From a virus (Duplodnaviria; Caudoviricetes), in IMG/VR virus record IMGVR_UViG_3300042294_003360, positions 1 to 53,973 of that record: a stretch of DNA of 53,973 bases; one strand, 5' to 3'. The notes beneath the pieces were generated by a model. It had not been told where the DNA came from and searched no databases. It saw only the letters and a program-made list of their open reading frames with translations. A program made the position numbers and the translations under genes. This document shows, one piece after another, positions 6,644 to 15,668 of the stretch (position 1 is the first letter of the stretch; each line of letters starts with the position of its first letter).

Positions 6644-6868
6644 ATGGAATTCAATTACAACGAGGATACCATGAAGGTAGGTCGGGTTACCTACGACCTC
6701 AAGGAATACCGAAGGTGGCTTTTGAACGAGCACCCTGCCCTGTGTCAGAACCACTTCATCAAGGCGATTCGGAAGCAGGGGAAAACCGTTTTCACCTACG
6801 ACTGGATGAGCATCTACTCGACCGCAAGAGAATATCGTTTACACATACAATTCATCAATCAACTATGA
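6644..6868 (+). CDS. Hypothetical protein
   Basis: 74-aa ORF coupled by ATGA overlap to the ERF gene. Confidence 0.75.
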   Translation: MEFNYNEDTMKVGRVTYDLKEYRRWLLNEHPALCQNHFIKAIRKQGKTVFTYDWMSIYSTAREYRLHIQFINQL

Positions 6869-7428
6869 GTTTACTCAAATCACTGGCTCAGTTTCAGAAG
6901 AGCGTCAAGCCTATCGTCCGCAGCGCGGCGAATCCGTTTTTCAAAAGCAAGTACGCACCTTTGTCTGACATTCAGAAGCACATCAAGCCCGACCTCGAGT
7001 CCGCAGGGCTGGTCATCACACAAGCCTGTGAGTTCAACGACAACGGCCTGTTCGTGGTGACCAAGGTCATCCACGTCGAGTCGGGGGAGTCGCTTCAGTC
7101 GGTGTTCCCGGTCGTGACCAAGGGGCAGACATCGCAGGACTACGGAAGCGCGGTGTCTTACGCCAAGAGGTATTCCCTCACCGGCCTGCTGAACTTGATC
7201 GTGTCCGACGAGGACGATGACGGAAACCGGGCGGCAGCCACCTCCGAAAAGCCTGTCCTCGGGGACGAGCAGCTGGCAGGGATGTTTGACTTTATCAGCA
7301 AGGGCAAGAGCCGCGAGGTGCTGACCGCCCTCAACAGGTACGAGGTGACCGAGCAGCAGCGCAAGTCCATCAACGATGCCATCAACAACTTCAAAGCCGA
7401 GTCAACCAAAAAAGCGGCAAGCAAATGA
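6865..7428 (+). CDS. erf: ERF-family ssDNA annealing protein
   Basis: NPFFKSKYAPL and GSAVSYAKRYSLTGLLNL...DDDG motifs. ATG 6865. Confidence 0.9.
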   Translation: MSLLKSLAQFQKSVKPIVRSAANPFFKSKYAPLSDIQKHIKPDLESAGLVITQACEFNDNGLFVVTKVIHVESGESLQSVFPVVTKGQTSQDYGSAVSYAKRYSLTGLLNLIVSDEDDDGNRAAATSEKPVLGDEQLAGMFDFISKGKSREVLTALNRYEVTEQQRKSINDAINNFKAESTKKAASK

Positions 7429-8417
7429 AACTGACACGCATACCGACAAGAAACCTGTCTGAACAGGAGTGGCAGGAAGTCCGCAAGGAATTAACCACAA
7501 GAGGAATGGTCGGGGGCAGCGATGCCTCCACCCTCCTCGGGTTGAACCAGTACAAGTCCCCCATCAACATGTTCTACCAAGCGGTGGGACTGGTGGACCA
7601 GCCGAACAAGATGAACTCGGCAATGCTCCACGGAAAGCAGCTCGAGGACTACGTTGCCAAGTGTTGGCAGTACTGGGATGGGACTGAAGAGGGATGGGTG
7701 AACAACACCAACACCGGTAACAAAATCAAGAAGTACCGGAAGGTAAAGGCGATCATCATCAACCCGAAGTTCCCGTCCCTGTTCGCAAACATCGACGGCA
7801 GGATAGTCCAACACCCGGACCGAACCGACCCCGGCATCCTCGAGGTCAAAACCATGTCCGGATATTCCGCCGACATGTGGGAGGCAGGAATCCCTCCGGG
7901 ATACTACGCACAGATTCAGCACTACATGCTCGTGACCGGACTGAAGTGGGGTGAACTGGTGTACTTGAAGGACGGAAGGGAACTGGGAGTGGTGAAGTTC
8001 GAGGAGGATAAGGACATGCAGAACAGAATCCTTGATGCGGCCAACGAGTTCAAGGAGAGGGTCGAGATGGCATACGCTGCCATCAAGGACGCCCGATCCC
8101 CCGAGGAGGCGATGCAACTGGCCTCCAACTATGAGCCCCCGGCGGACAACACGGACGCGTTCAGCAAGTTCATCTCCGAAAAGCACAAGGCCCGGCAGGA
8201 CGAGGTTCACATACACGGAGGCATCGAACTGGCCAAGTGGATGGACGAGTACCGCGAAGCGTCCGAGACGATCAAGGAGCAGGAGTTACGCAAGACTCTC
8301 GCGTCGAACACCCTGCGTCAGCACATGGAGAAGGAGGGGGCAACAGCGATGACCCTGCCGAACGGAAAGATTACATGGCGTCAAAAATTCACGGTGAAGT
8401 ATGAACAAGTTGCGTGA
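7425..8417 (+). CDS. YqaJ-like viral recombinase exonuclease
   Basis: GGSDAS.LLG.N.YKSP, ANIDG, LEVKT and YYAQIQHYM motifs. Confidence 0.9.
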   Translation: MKLTRIPTRNLSEQEWQEVRKELTTRGMVGGSDASTLLGLNQYKSPINMFYQAVGLVDQPNKMNSAMLHGKQLEDYVAKCWQYWDGTEEGWVNNTNTGNKIKKYRKVKAIIINPKFPSLFANIDGRIVQHPDRTDPGILEVKTMSGYSADMWEAGIPPGYYAQIQHYMLVTGLKWGELVYLKDGRELGVVKFEEDKDMQNRILDAANEFKERVEMAYAAIKDARSPEEAMQLASNYEPPADNTDAFSKFISEKHKARQDEVHIHGGIELAKWMDEYREASETIKEQELRKTLASNTLRQHMEKEGATAMTLPNGKITWRQKFTVKYEQVA

Positions 8418-8763
8418 CTTGGAGGCAGCGATGAAGGCCCAGTTCGTTTGGAGCAAAGAGCCTGTCCGGCACATGCAGACAGACGAATTCTACGAGGGCA
8501 GTACAGAGTCAGCGAGGATAGTTTTTATAGGGCTGTCGGACTTCTATAAGTTCGAGCCTCTCGATGTGTGCGACCATCTCGACATCACCTACGAGACATA
8601 CCTCTCCCGGGTGAAGGAGTTCAAGGCCATGTACAAGGCCGCACAAAAAGGAGAGGCATTGACATCGCAGGAGAAGAGGCTGTACGCCAAGACCCGGCTT
8701 TGTCTGAACGCCATATGGACATCGACAAGACGAAACCCCTACTTGAAATTCGACGAGGAATGA
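8401..8763 (+). CDS. Hypothetical protein, possibly HTH
   Basis: 120-aa ORF coupled to both neighbours. Confidence 0.7.
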   Translation: MNKLRDLEAAMKAQFVWSKEPVRHMQTDEFYEGSTESARIVFIGLSDFYKFEPLDVCDHLDITYETYLSRVKEFKAMYKAAQKGEALTSQEKRLYAKTRLCLNAIWTSTRRNPYLKFDEE

Positions 8764-9317
8764 CAACCACCATAGACCACTCGGTAAGAGAGAACCTCGG
8801 CTTGAACCTTGGCCAGTATGTCGTAGCTGACTACTGCGCCAAGGCTCGGCCAATGCTTGCGCCGACAGGGATCAAGGTTGTTTCCGAAAGACTCGGCCTT
8901 TCAGCAGGGCAGGCGTCTGACGCAATGAAGGAATTGATAGGCATGTCTCTGCTCGAGAAGAAGGAGAACGGATTCTACTATCCCACCCACGCTTGGTACG
9001 AGGCTCACCTTGGGATAGACGTTGAGTTGAGAAGTCTGGAGGCGGCTTTTGCCCACGAGGTGATCTCCCTGTTCAACACGATCAACGGCTCAAGATATCA
9101 GCCTCATCCGTATCAGAACCGGATCAAGGTGCTGATGAAGAGGTACACGATCGACCACTTCAAGAGCGTGTTCACACACAAGAAAGAGACTTGGGGTGTA
9201 GACCCGAAGATGTCGGAGTACAACAGGCCGGCCACTATTCTGTCCACTAAATTCGATAAATATTTGGACGACGCTAACCATTACTGGATTCAAAAACTGA
9301 AGAATGCAGCCCAATGA
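8760..9317 (+). CDS. Putative replication initiator (HTH plus conserved phage C-terminal domain)
   Basis: W..DPKMSEYNRPATILSTKFDKYL resembles the Phg_2220_C-type domain. Lies upstream of the primase-helicase. Confidence 0.7.
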   Translation: MTTTIDHSVRENLGLNLGQYVVADYCAKARPMLAPTGIKVVSERLGLSAGQASDAMKELIGMSLLEKKENGFYYPTHAWYEAHLGIDVELRSLEAAFAHEVISLFNTINGSRYQPHPYQNRIKVLMKRYTIDHFKSVFTHKKETWGVDPKMSEYNRPATILSTKFDKYLDDANHYWIQKLKNAAQ

Positions 9318-9543
9318 AATGTACTACCTATTGGACGTTACGACAGACGATCTGTTGAAGTACGGGCCCATGAATCGCAAGGACATCGAGGAGTTCATAC
9401 TGCGCAAGTACGAAGAGCAGCCGCTCAAGTACTTCAATCAGAACAAGAGGCTGAAAATCTTTCATCCGCCCTCCGGCATACACTGGTCGGCACAGCTGAA
9501 CGTGGTATTCAAAAGCGATGAAACCGATAAGAGTAATAGTTAA
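9304..9543 (+). CDS. Hypothetical protein
   Basis: 79-aa ORF in the operon. Confidence 0.7.
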   Translation: MQPNEMYYLLDVTTDDLLKYGPMNRKDIEEFILRKYEEQPLKYFNQNKRLKIFHPPSGIHWSAQLNVVFKSDETDKSNS

Positions 9544-9637
9544 CGCACTGATCATCACGTTCCTTGTCCTGTTCTTTCTTTTTCACATCATCCAATATCT
9601 CAAAGAGAATTTCGCCAAACTAATTCTTGGACTATGA
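9518..9637 (+). CDS. 39-aa membrane peptide (MKPIRVIVNALIITFLVLFFLF...)
   Basis: Fills the gap, stop overlaps the primase ATG (ATGA). Confidence 0.55.
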   Translation: MKPIRVIVNALIITFLVLFFLFHIIQYLKENFAKLILGL

Positions 9638-11403
9638 TAGACCGGCTACGAGAGTACGGAATCAACGTGAGACCGGGCTCAAGGGGGGACGTAAAAGTCC
9701 TGTGCCCGAAGTGCAGCCACACGCGCAAGCACAAGACCGACCCATGCCTGTCTGTGAACGTGGAAAAAGGGATATGGAACTGCCACAACTGCGACTTCAA
9801 GGGTGCTGTCCGGGAGGAGAAGGAGTACGTAAAGCCCCCGTTGGAACTGAAGAAAGTCAGCCAGCCCGTGATCGATTGGTTTGCAGGTCGGGGGATTTCG
9901 AATCAAACCCTGCTCCGGTATCAGGTTACCGAGGGGCTGGACTACATGCCGCAGGTCGGGCAGGAGGTTAAAACCATCCACTTCAACTACTTCTACAATG
10001 GGGAATTGGTTAACGTCAAGTATCGGGACAGCGGCAAGAATTTTAAGATGGTCGCTGGTGCTCGTCTTGTTCCCTATGGTGTTGATGTCCTGCTCGATAA
10101 TACTGGCGGCGATGTGGTTATCGTCGAGGGAGAAATAGATGTCCTGTCCTTCTACGAGGTGGGCATCCCGGCCATCTCAGTACCCAACGGCGCCTCCAAC
10201 AGGCAGCTTGACTGGCTGCACGAACTGGCACACCTCTTCGATGGCAAGAGGATCCTGCTTGCTACCGACATGGACGCACCCGGGCAGGCCCTCCGGGAGG
10301 AACTTGCTCGGAGACTGGGCAGGGAGAACTGCTGGATCGTGGATCTCCCCCGGAAGGATGCCAACGAGGTGCTCTGTGAGCTCGGTAGAGACGCATTACG
10401 GGCCTGTATCGATCAGGCCAAGCCGTACCCTGTCGAAGGGATTGAGGACGCAGGAAGCGTACAGGGAGAGCTCCTGTCCATGTTCGAGCAGGGCCCCCCG
10501 AGCGGCTGGGAATCCATGGAGTTTGTTTGGCATCCCGGGCAGGTGACGATCGTCACCGGGATCCCCGGCCATGGTAAATCCACCTACGTCAAGAACGTGG
10601 TTGCCCGGCTGGCCGAGCAGCACGGCTTGAAGTTCTTCATCTACTCGGCAGAGGAGGCCAGCACGGCCACCGCCTTGGCCGACCTGTTTGCCATCCGTAC
10701 CGGGAAGGGGTTCTACGAGTCCCACTACGGGCCGCGCATGACCCGGGAGGAGATGGAGGAGGCGATGCCCTTCGTGACCGATCACTTTAAGTACTACCGC
10801 CTGTCGGACAACGACCTCACCATAGAGGGGATACTGGCCAAGGCCAAGGAGATGGTGCGCCAGTACGGAATCCATGGGCTGGTGATCGACAACATGTCCA
10901 CCGTAGAGAAGAGCATGAGCCACAAGAACGACGCCCGGAACAATCAGATACAGGCCATGCTGTCCGACATCACCCGGTTTGCAAAGAACCACGGGGTGCA
11001 CGTTTTCCTCGTGGCCCACCCGAAGAAGATGGTGGAGATCCGGACGGGGATCTACAAGGTCCCGAACGGGTACGACATCTCCGACTCGGCACACTGGTAC
11101 AACCTTCCGGACAATGGGTTCACCGTGTACCGGAACTTCGAGACGATGCAGACGGAGATACATAGATGGAAAGTAAGACACAGGCACTCCGGGATACTGG
11201 GGACTGAGTACTACGAGTTCACACCATACAATTCAACCTACCACAAGACCCAAAAGCTTAACGATGGAAGTGACAGGACTCTCTTCGTCGGACAACCAAC
11301 GAATCAGAAAGACATTGAGGGATTCGCCAAACTCGCAGATTCTCCTCAAGGAAAGATGGGTCAAGCTGCCAAGCGGGGGACAGGTACTGGAATACCGCGT
11401 TGA
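9634..11403 (+). CDS. DNA primase-helicase (T7 gp4/Twinkle-like)
   Basis: CPKC...CHNC zinc finger, TOPRIM (VEGEIDVLS, ATDMD), Walker A GIPGHGKS, LVID and VAHP helicase motifs. Confidence 0.95.
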   Translation: MIDRLREYGINVRPGSRGDVKVLCPKCSHTRKHKTDPCLSVNVEKGIWNCHNCDFKGAVREEKEYVKPPLELKKVSQPVIDWFAGRGISNQTLLRYQVTEGLDYMPQVGQEVKTIHFNYFYNGELVNVKYRDSGKNFKMVAGARLVPYGVDVLLDNTGGDVVIVEGEIDVLSFYEVGIPAISVPNGASNRQLDWLHELAHLFDGKRILLATDMDAPGQALREELARRLGRENCWIVDLPRKDANEVLCELGRDALRACIDQAKPYPVEGIEDAGSVQGELLSMFEQGPPSGWESMEFVWHPGQVTIVTGIPGHGKSTYVKNVVARLAEQHGLKFFIYSAEEASTATALADLFAIRTGKGFYESHYGPRMTREEMEEAMPFVTDHFKYYRLSDNDLTIEGILAKAKEMVRQYGIHGLVIDNMSTVEKSMSHKNDARNNQIQAMLSDITRFAKNHGVHVFLVAHPKKMVEIRTGIYKVPNGYDISDSAHWYNLPDNGFTVYRNFETMQTEIHRWKVRHRHSGILGTEYYEFTPYNSTYHKTQKLNDGSDRTLFVGQPTNQKDIEGFAKLADSPQGKMGQAAKRGTGTGIPR

Positions 11404-11587
11404 CCAGATGGGGCAGGGGCTCCTTGTCCCTGTCAATCTGAGCGCCGTCAAACCAAACACCCCCTACTACATGCAGATGCCGATGCAGAAGCACATGTTC
11501 CAACCGATCGTGTTCGACCCGGCAGTCAACTGGTCGACCATCGATGAGTTCACACGAAAAAAAGCTATATGGCAAACGGCAGGGTAA
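11264..11587 (+). CDS. Hypothetical protein (start uncertain)
   Basis: Bridges the helicase and resolvase genes. Confidence 0.55.
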   Translation: MEVTGLSSSDNQRIRKTLRDSPNSQILLKERWVKLPSGGQVLEYRVDQMGQGLLVPVNLSAVKPNTPYYMQMPMQKHMFQPIVFDPAVNWSTIDEFTRKKAIWQTAG

Positions 11588-11901
11588 AGGGCCACACCTT
11601 CGAACGGCAGATGGCAAAGCTGTTCCGGGACATGGGATGGGAGAAGTGCGTCACCTCCCGTCTGGAGTCCAAGGCCAAAGACGATGCCGGCATAGACCTG
11701 TGCAACACCGATCCTTTCAGCGTCCAGTGCAAGGCGGTAGAGAAACTCGGTAGCCTGCACGATGTGCTTGCCAAGATGCCGCAGGACAGCAACTACAACA
11801 TCGTCCTGCACAAACGAAACAGGTCGGGGGTTATCGTGGCCATGACACTCGAGGACTTCCAAGAGATTGTGGAAAAGTTAAAGGCAAACAAGATTCTATG
11901 A
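11569..11901 (+). CDS. Holliday junction resolvase-like PD-(D/E)XK nuclease
   Basis: KGHTFER...GIDL...VQCK pattern. Confidence 0.75.
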   Translation: MANGRVKGHTFERQMAKLFRDMGWEKCVTSRLESKAKDDAGIDLCNTDPFSVQCKAVEKLGSLHDVLAKMPQDSNYNIVLHKRNRSGVIVAMTLEDFQEIVEKLKANKIL

Positions 11902-12122
11902 GCTACATAATTAAGGATCTTTACAGCGGCAACCACGTTATCTACTACGTGGACGCCGACAGCCCCAGCATGGAGGACTTCATCATATCGGTTCAAAACA
12001 GGTACAGGTGGCCGGACATGAACTACAAGAAGTTCCCGGATCGGGAACAGGCTATCAAGTGGAGGGATTACATCAACAAACAAACCAAGAAAAAATTCCT
12101 AGTCCATGAAAGTAACGATTGA
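11898..12122 (+). CDS. Hypothetical protein
   Basis: 74-aa coupled ORF. Confidence 0.7.
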   Translation: MSYIIKDLYSGNHVIYYVDADSPSMEDFIISVQNRYRWPDMNYKKFPDREQAIKWRDYINKQTKKKFLVHESND

Positions 12123-12243
12123 GATGGGCAAGCTCGACGACAAGGCCATCGCTTTCGCCCCGCTTGTCATCAACGACCGAAGCATCGAGCTGTTCGGCAT
12201 CTACCTCCTAACGCATTTCATCACGATTAAAATCAGCATATGA
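12106..12243 (+). CDS. 45-aa hypothetical protein (MKVTIEMG...)
   Basis: Fills the gap, ATGA overlap with the next gene. Confidence 0.55.
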   Translation: MKVTIEMGKLDDKAIAFAPLVINDRSIELFGIYLLTHFITIKISI

Positions 12244-12473
12244 GCAGCAACAAAGAGGCGGCAGGAGCCGCATGGAAGAAGGTGGTCAACACCAAGAACG
12301 GAGAGGTGGAAGTCCTCAGCGTCCAGATCGGTGACAAGAGGTACACGGCTTGGCCGAACACCTTCAAGAAGCCGGGCGAGAAGACACCGGACTACCGCCT
12401 GCAGGAGGACAACTACGTCCCCAAAGAAAAAACAGAGCAGCCCAAGTCCTTCGCTGGAGACCTGCCGTTCTAA
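12240..12473 (+). CDS. Small putative ssDNA-binding protein (DUF736-like)
   Basis: GAAWKK...PDYR pattern and SSB-type C-terminal DLPF. Confidence 0.6.
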   Translation: MSSNKEAAGAAWKKVVNTKNGEVEVLSVQIGDKRYTAWPNTFKKPGEKTPDYRLQEDNYVPKEKTEQPKSFAGDLPF

Positions 12474-12481
12474 CCTAGGTA

Positions 12482-12572
12482 TGCGGGGTGGCAGAATGGC
12501 AAATGCAGGCTCATGGCATTAGTCTGGACACAAGAAGCCCAGTCCACGCAGGTTCGATTCCTGCCCCCGCAG
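12482..12572 (+). tRNA. Atypical tRNA-like RNA (long variable arm, degenerate anticodon arm, nominal GGC)
   Basis: TGCGGGG/CCCCGCA acceptor, D arm GCA-gaatggcaaa-TGC, T arm GCAGG-TTCGATT-CCTGC. Confidence 0.7.
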
Positions 12573-12625
12573 CAGTTTGTTTCATGGTGTATTTTTCCCG
12601 GGGCGTTTCTACGCCCGGGGTTTAT

Positions 12626-12721
12626 CGGAGGGTGGCGGAATGGAAGACGCGCCGAAAGGTAGGTACGGTATGAATCCCGATTAAACAATCCTTATTGCAG
12701 GTTCGATTCCTGCCCCTCCGG
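12626..12721 (+). tRNA. Atypical tRNA-like RNA without a canonical anticodon arm
   Basis: CGGAGGG/CCCTCCG acceptor, D arm GCG-gaatggaaga-CGC, T arm GCAGG-TTCGATT-CCTGC. Irregular middle. Confidence 0.7.
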
Positions 12722-12780
12722 CAACAGCAGTTGGTTTTACCGGCCCGTTTCCACGGGCTGGATTTCTAAAAGACTAAGCA

Positions 12781-12885
12781 TCCCGGTTGGCGTAAGCCCC
12801 AATGAATAAGGCTCAAGGTAACGCCCCAACAGGAATCCCCTCCTTAATAGGTTGGGAGATGCGGGTTCGAGTCCCGCACCGGGAG
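12781..12885 (+). tRNA. Atypical tRNA-like RNA with expanded D and anticodon loops
   Basis: TCCCGGT/ACCGGGA acceptor, GCGT/ACGC D stem with inserted hairpin, CCAAC/GTTGG stem with 20-nt loop, T arm GCGGG-TTCGAGT-CCCGC. Confidence 0.7.
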
Positions 12886-12898
12886 CAAAAAAACAAAC

Positions 12899-13945
12899 AT
12901 GACACACGGATCATTATTTTCAGGCATCGGAGGATTCGATTTGGCAGCCCAATGGATGGGTTGGGAAAATGTTTTCCATTGTGAATTGAATCCATTCGGT
13001 CAAAAAATTCTTAACCATTATTGGCCTAACGCAAAAAGTTATGAAGACATCACTAAAACAGACTTCACTATTCACAGGGGAACTGTCGACATCATCAGCG
13101 GCGGATTCCCATGCCAGCCATTTTCAACAGCCGGTGCGCGCAAGGGTACGGATGACTCCAGATACCTTTGGCCGGAAATGCTCCGCGTTATACGAGAAGT
13201 TCGCCCCCGTTGGATCGTGGGAGAGAATGTTTATGGACTTGTTAATTGGAGCGGAGGACTGGTTTTCGACACGGTGTGCGCTGACTTGGAAAATGAAGGC
13301 TTCGAAGTCATCCCGGTTGTTCTGCCAGCTGCAGGTGTCGGCTCTGTCCATCGCCGAGACAGGATCTGGTTTGTCGCCTACAATAACAGCCTCGTTCGGA
13401 GAGAGGGGCGGGAAGTTGAATCCGGAAAGCAATCACGACACGGAGAAAGCGATGAGGTTGGCAATACCGAAACTACTCAAAACACCTTGTGCAGCGGACG
13501 CGCACACGGAGAACATGAGCAAGAAGGAACAAAAGTTCGGCAATTCGGGAACATTGGCCCAAGAGGTGCAGACGGGATTCATATATCAAAGGGGGATGCT
13601 GCCGACACCGCCGGCAACCGATTACAAGGGGGCATACAGTCCGGAGGCGATGGTGAGCAAGGATGGGATAAACAGAGCGAATCTATTACGGAACGTATAC
13701 ATACACTTTGGGGAGGAATGGAAGCAAAAAGATGGGAAAACTTCCCAACTCAATCCCCGATTTGTGGCGGAGATGATGGGCTTCCCACCCAACTGGACGG
13801 AATCACCTTTTCAAAGTGGAGAAACGAATCCATAAAAGGATACGGGAATGCGATTGTGCCGCAAATCGTATACACCATATTCCAAACCATAGAGGAATTC
13901 GAAAAAAGAAACGCATGTACATTGAAGCAGTCACGGTTTGTGTAA
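12899..13945 (+). CDS. DNA (cytosine-5) methyltransferase, large subunit
   Basis: SLFSGIGG (I), GGFPCQPFS (IV), ENV (VI), HRRDRIW (VIII), GNAIVP (X). Confidence 0.93.
   Translation: MTHGSLFSGIGGFDLAAQWMGWENVFHCELNPFGQKILNHYWPNAKSYEDITKTDFTIHRGTVDIISGGFPCQPFSTAGARKGTDDSRYLWPEMLRVIREVRPRWIVGENVYGLVNWSGGLVFDTVCADLENEGFEVIPVVLPAAGVGSVHRRDRIWFVAYNNSLVRREGREVESGKQSRHGESDEVGNTETTQNTLCSGRAHGEHEQEGTKVRQFGNIGPRGADGIHISKGDAADTAGNRLQGGIQSGGDGEQGWDKQSESITERIHTLWGGMEAKRWENFPTQSPICGGDDGLPTQLDGITFSKWRNESIKGYGNAIVPQIVYTIFQTIEEFEKRNACTLKQSRFV
13041..13835 (+). CDS. Nested out-of-frame methyltransferase small subunit (TRD repeats plus motif IX)
   Basis: 264-aa +1 frame ORF with LSPT/LLKTP/MLPTP repeats, ending LNPRFVAEMMGFPPNWT. 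Confidence 0.75.
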   Translation: MKTSLKQTSLFTGELSTSSAADSHASHFQQPVRARVRMTPDTFGRKCSALYEKFAPVGSWERMFMDLLIGAEDWFSTRCALTWKMKASKSSRLFCQLQVSALSIAETGSGLSPTITASFGERGGKLNPESNHDTEKAMRLAIPKLLKTPCAADAHTENMSKKEQKFGNSGTLAQEVQTGFIYQRGMLPTPPATDYKGAYSPEAMVSKDGINRANLLRNVYIHFGEEWKQKDGKTSQLNPRFVAEMMGFPPNWTESPFQSGETNP

Positions 13946-14754
13946 ACTACTCAGACTTCTTAGCGCACACCCTGCCCCTGAACCGGGTGCACTTCGACCA
14001 CTATGTGGTGATCACATCCCGGGATGACAAGGAAACCCAGAAGCTGTGCCGTCATCACAATGTGGAGTGCCTGATCACCGACAGGTTCACCGAGGGTGGT
14101 CAGCCGTTCAACAAGGCCAAGGGCATCAACGAGGGGCTGCTGTACCACAGCAAGCGAGACTGGATGGTACACCTAGACGCAGACATCGTCCTTCCCGCCC
14201 AGTTCCGGGAGATCGTCCAGAAGATCGACCTCGACAAGAACGGGATCTACGGCTGCGACCGGCTGATGTGCCCGGACTTCAAGTCTTGGATGGCGCACGT
14301 GAAGAACCCCCGACCCGTCTACGATCAGTGGATCTACATCCACCTCAACTCGTTCCCCATCGCCTCCCGGGTGGCCGACTACAACGGCAAGGGCTACGCA
14401 CCCATAGGGTTCTTTCAGATGTGGCATCCCAACACTTCGAAGAAGCTGATCTACCCGGAGGAGCACGGAGCTGCTGACCGCACGGACATGATGTTCGCCA
14501 AGCAGTGGGACAGGCGCAACAGGCATTTGCTCCCCGAGCTGGTGGCCATCCACCTCGACTCCGAGAACGCCACGGTCGAGAACATGGGAAAGAACTGGCA
14601 GGGCAGGCAGACCGTACCCTTCGGATACGAGGGGACACCCCCGCCCAAGGAGAAGAAGAACTGGGGCAGGCACATCCTGTGGGGGGTACTCATACTGGCG
14701 GCCTCCGCAGGGATAGGATACGCGATCTACACATACCAGCATTTGCTATTCTAA
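13915..14754 (+). CDS. Glycosyltransferase family 2 with C-terminal TM helix
   Basis: FNKAKGINEG and HLDAD (DxD) motifs, hydrophobic C-terminus. ATG 13915. Confidence 0.85.
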   Translation: MYIEAVTVCVNYSDFLAHTLPLNRVHFDHYVVITSRDDKETQKLCRHHNVECLITDRFTEGGQPFNKAKGINEGLLYHSKRDWMVHLDADIVLPAQFREIVQKIDLDKNGIYGCDRLMCPDFKSWMAHVKNPRPVYDQWIYIHLNSFPIASRVADYNGKGYAPIGFFQMWHPNTSKKLIYPEEHGAADRTDMMFAKQWDRRNRHLLPELVAIHLDSENATVENMGKNWQGRQTVPFGYEGTPPPKEKKNWGRHILWGVLILAASAGIGYAIYTYQHLLF

Positions 14755-14762
14755 TCTATGCC

Positions 14763-15614
14763 ATGAAGATAATAACTAGTGTTTCTGGCGGTACAACATC
14801 CGCATACATAGCCGCCAACTATCCATCTGATTATTTGCTTTTTGCCTTGGTCAGAATTGAGGACGAGAACTGCAGGTTCAAGGACGAGTCAATAAGGAGA
14901 GTAGTGGAGGATAGAATACAGGCGCCATTCATAGCTACGACAGAGGATGACAAAATCATATACACGATGCTCGATCTCGAGCAATACCTTGGCAGGGAAA
15001 TTGTCTGGGTCACCGGCATGACATTCGAGCAGACCATAGCATACAAGAGTGGATTCCTACCGAACAAGGTCACTAGGTATTGCACTACATTGATGAAGAT
15101 CGATCCGATGTTCAGGTGGTGGCACAAGAATATAGGTGAGCCGATTGTTATGCAAATAGGTTACAGGGCCAACGAACAGGAAAGGGCTGTCAACATGCTT
15201 AACAGGTGCGATGAGAATGGACTTGTATCATACAAGGTTACCCTTGAAAAAAGACCTGATGGCAGGAACAAATGGGAAACGATAGCATGGCAAAAACCAG
15301 AGTTCCCATTGATAAGAGATGGCATATACAAAGACAAAATAATTAAATACTGGGAAGACAAGCCAGTGAGGTTTGCATCCTATAATAATTGCGTAGGATG
15401 TTTTCACAGAAACCCAGCCTTTCTTAGGTTCATGTACCAAGAACATCCGGAAAAGATGGAATGGTTCGAGAAGCGAGAGGGGGGCAAAAGTGGATACTGG
15501 AAAAGCGTCGATGGTCAGGTGATAAAGTATGAGAGAATTAAAAGAATGCTATCTCAGCACACCTTGTTTGACTCCGACTTTACGAGTTGTGATGCAGGGT
15601 ATTGTGGAATATGA
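14763..15614 (+). CDS. PAPS reductase-like (PP-loop, Cys-rich) protein
   Basis: SVSGGTTS PP-loop, RYCT..MK, NNCVGCF, terminal C...YCG. More AT-rich than neighbours. Confidence 0.75.
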   Translation: MKIITSVSGGTTSAYIAANYPSDYLLFALVRIEDENCRFKDESIRRVVEDRIQAPFIATTEDDKIIYTMLDLEQYLGREIVWVTGMTFEQTIAYKSGFLPNKVTRYCTTLMKIDPMFRWWHKNIGEPIVMQIGYRANEQERAVNMLNRCDENGLVSYKVTLEKRPDGRNKWETIAWQKPEFPLIRDGIYKDKIIKYWEDKPVRFASYNNCVGCFHRNPAFLRFMYQEHPEKMEWFEKREGGKSGYWKSVDGQVIKYERIKRMLSQHTLFDSDFTSCDAGYCGI

Positions 15615-15668
15615 TTAGTTCGGATGACTAGCAGCAGGCCCGCCGCTGAGAGTTGCGGGCACACTTTT

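Noticed and set aside
6307-6864. Long N-terminal extensions in the ORF track (ERF, 2020, 2914, 3474, 3943, 14505, 45136)
   Set aside because: They overlap upstream genes or RNA elements. Internal ATGs with A-rich leaders fit better.
12573-12780. Theta/HDV-like ribozymes after the tRNA-like genes
   Set aside because: I see only simple GC hairpins (about 12597-12620 and 12740-12761) and could not build the nested double pseudoknot.
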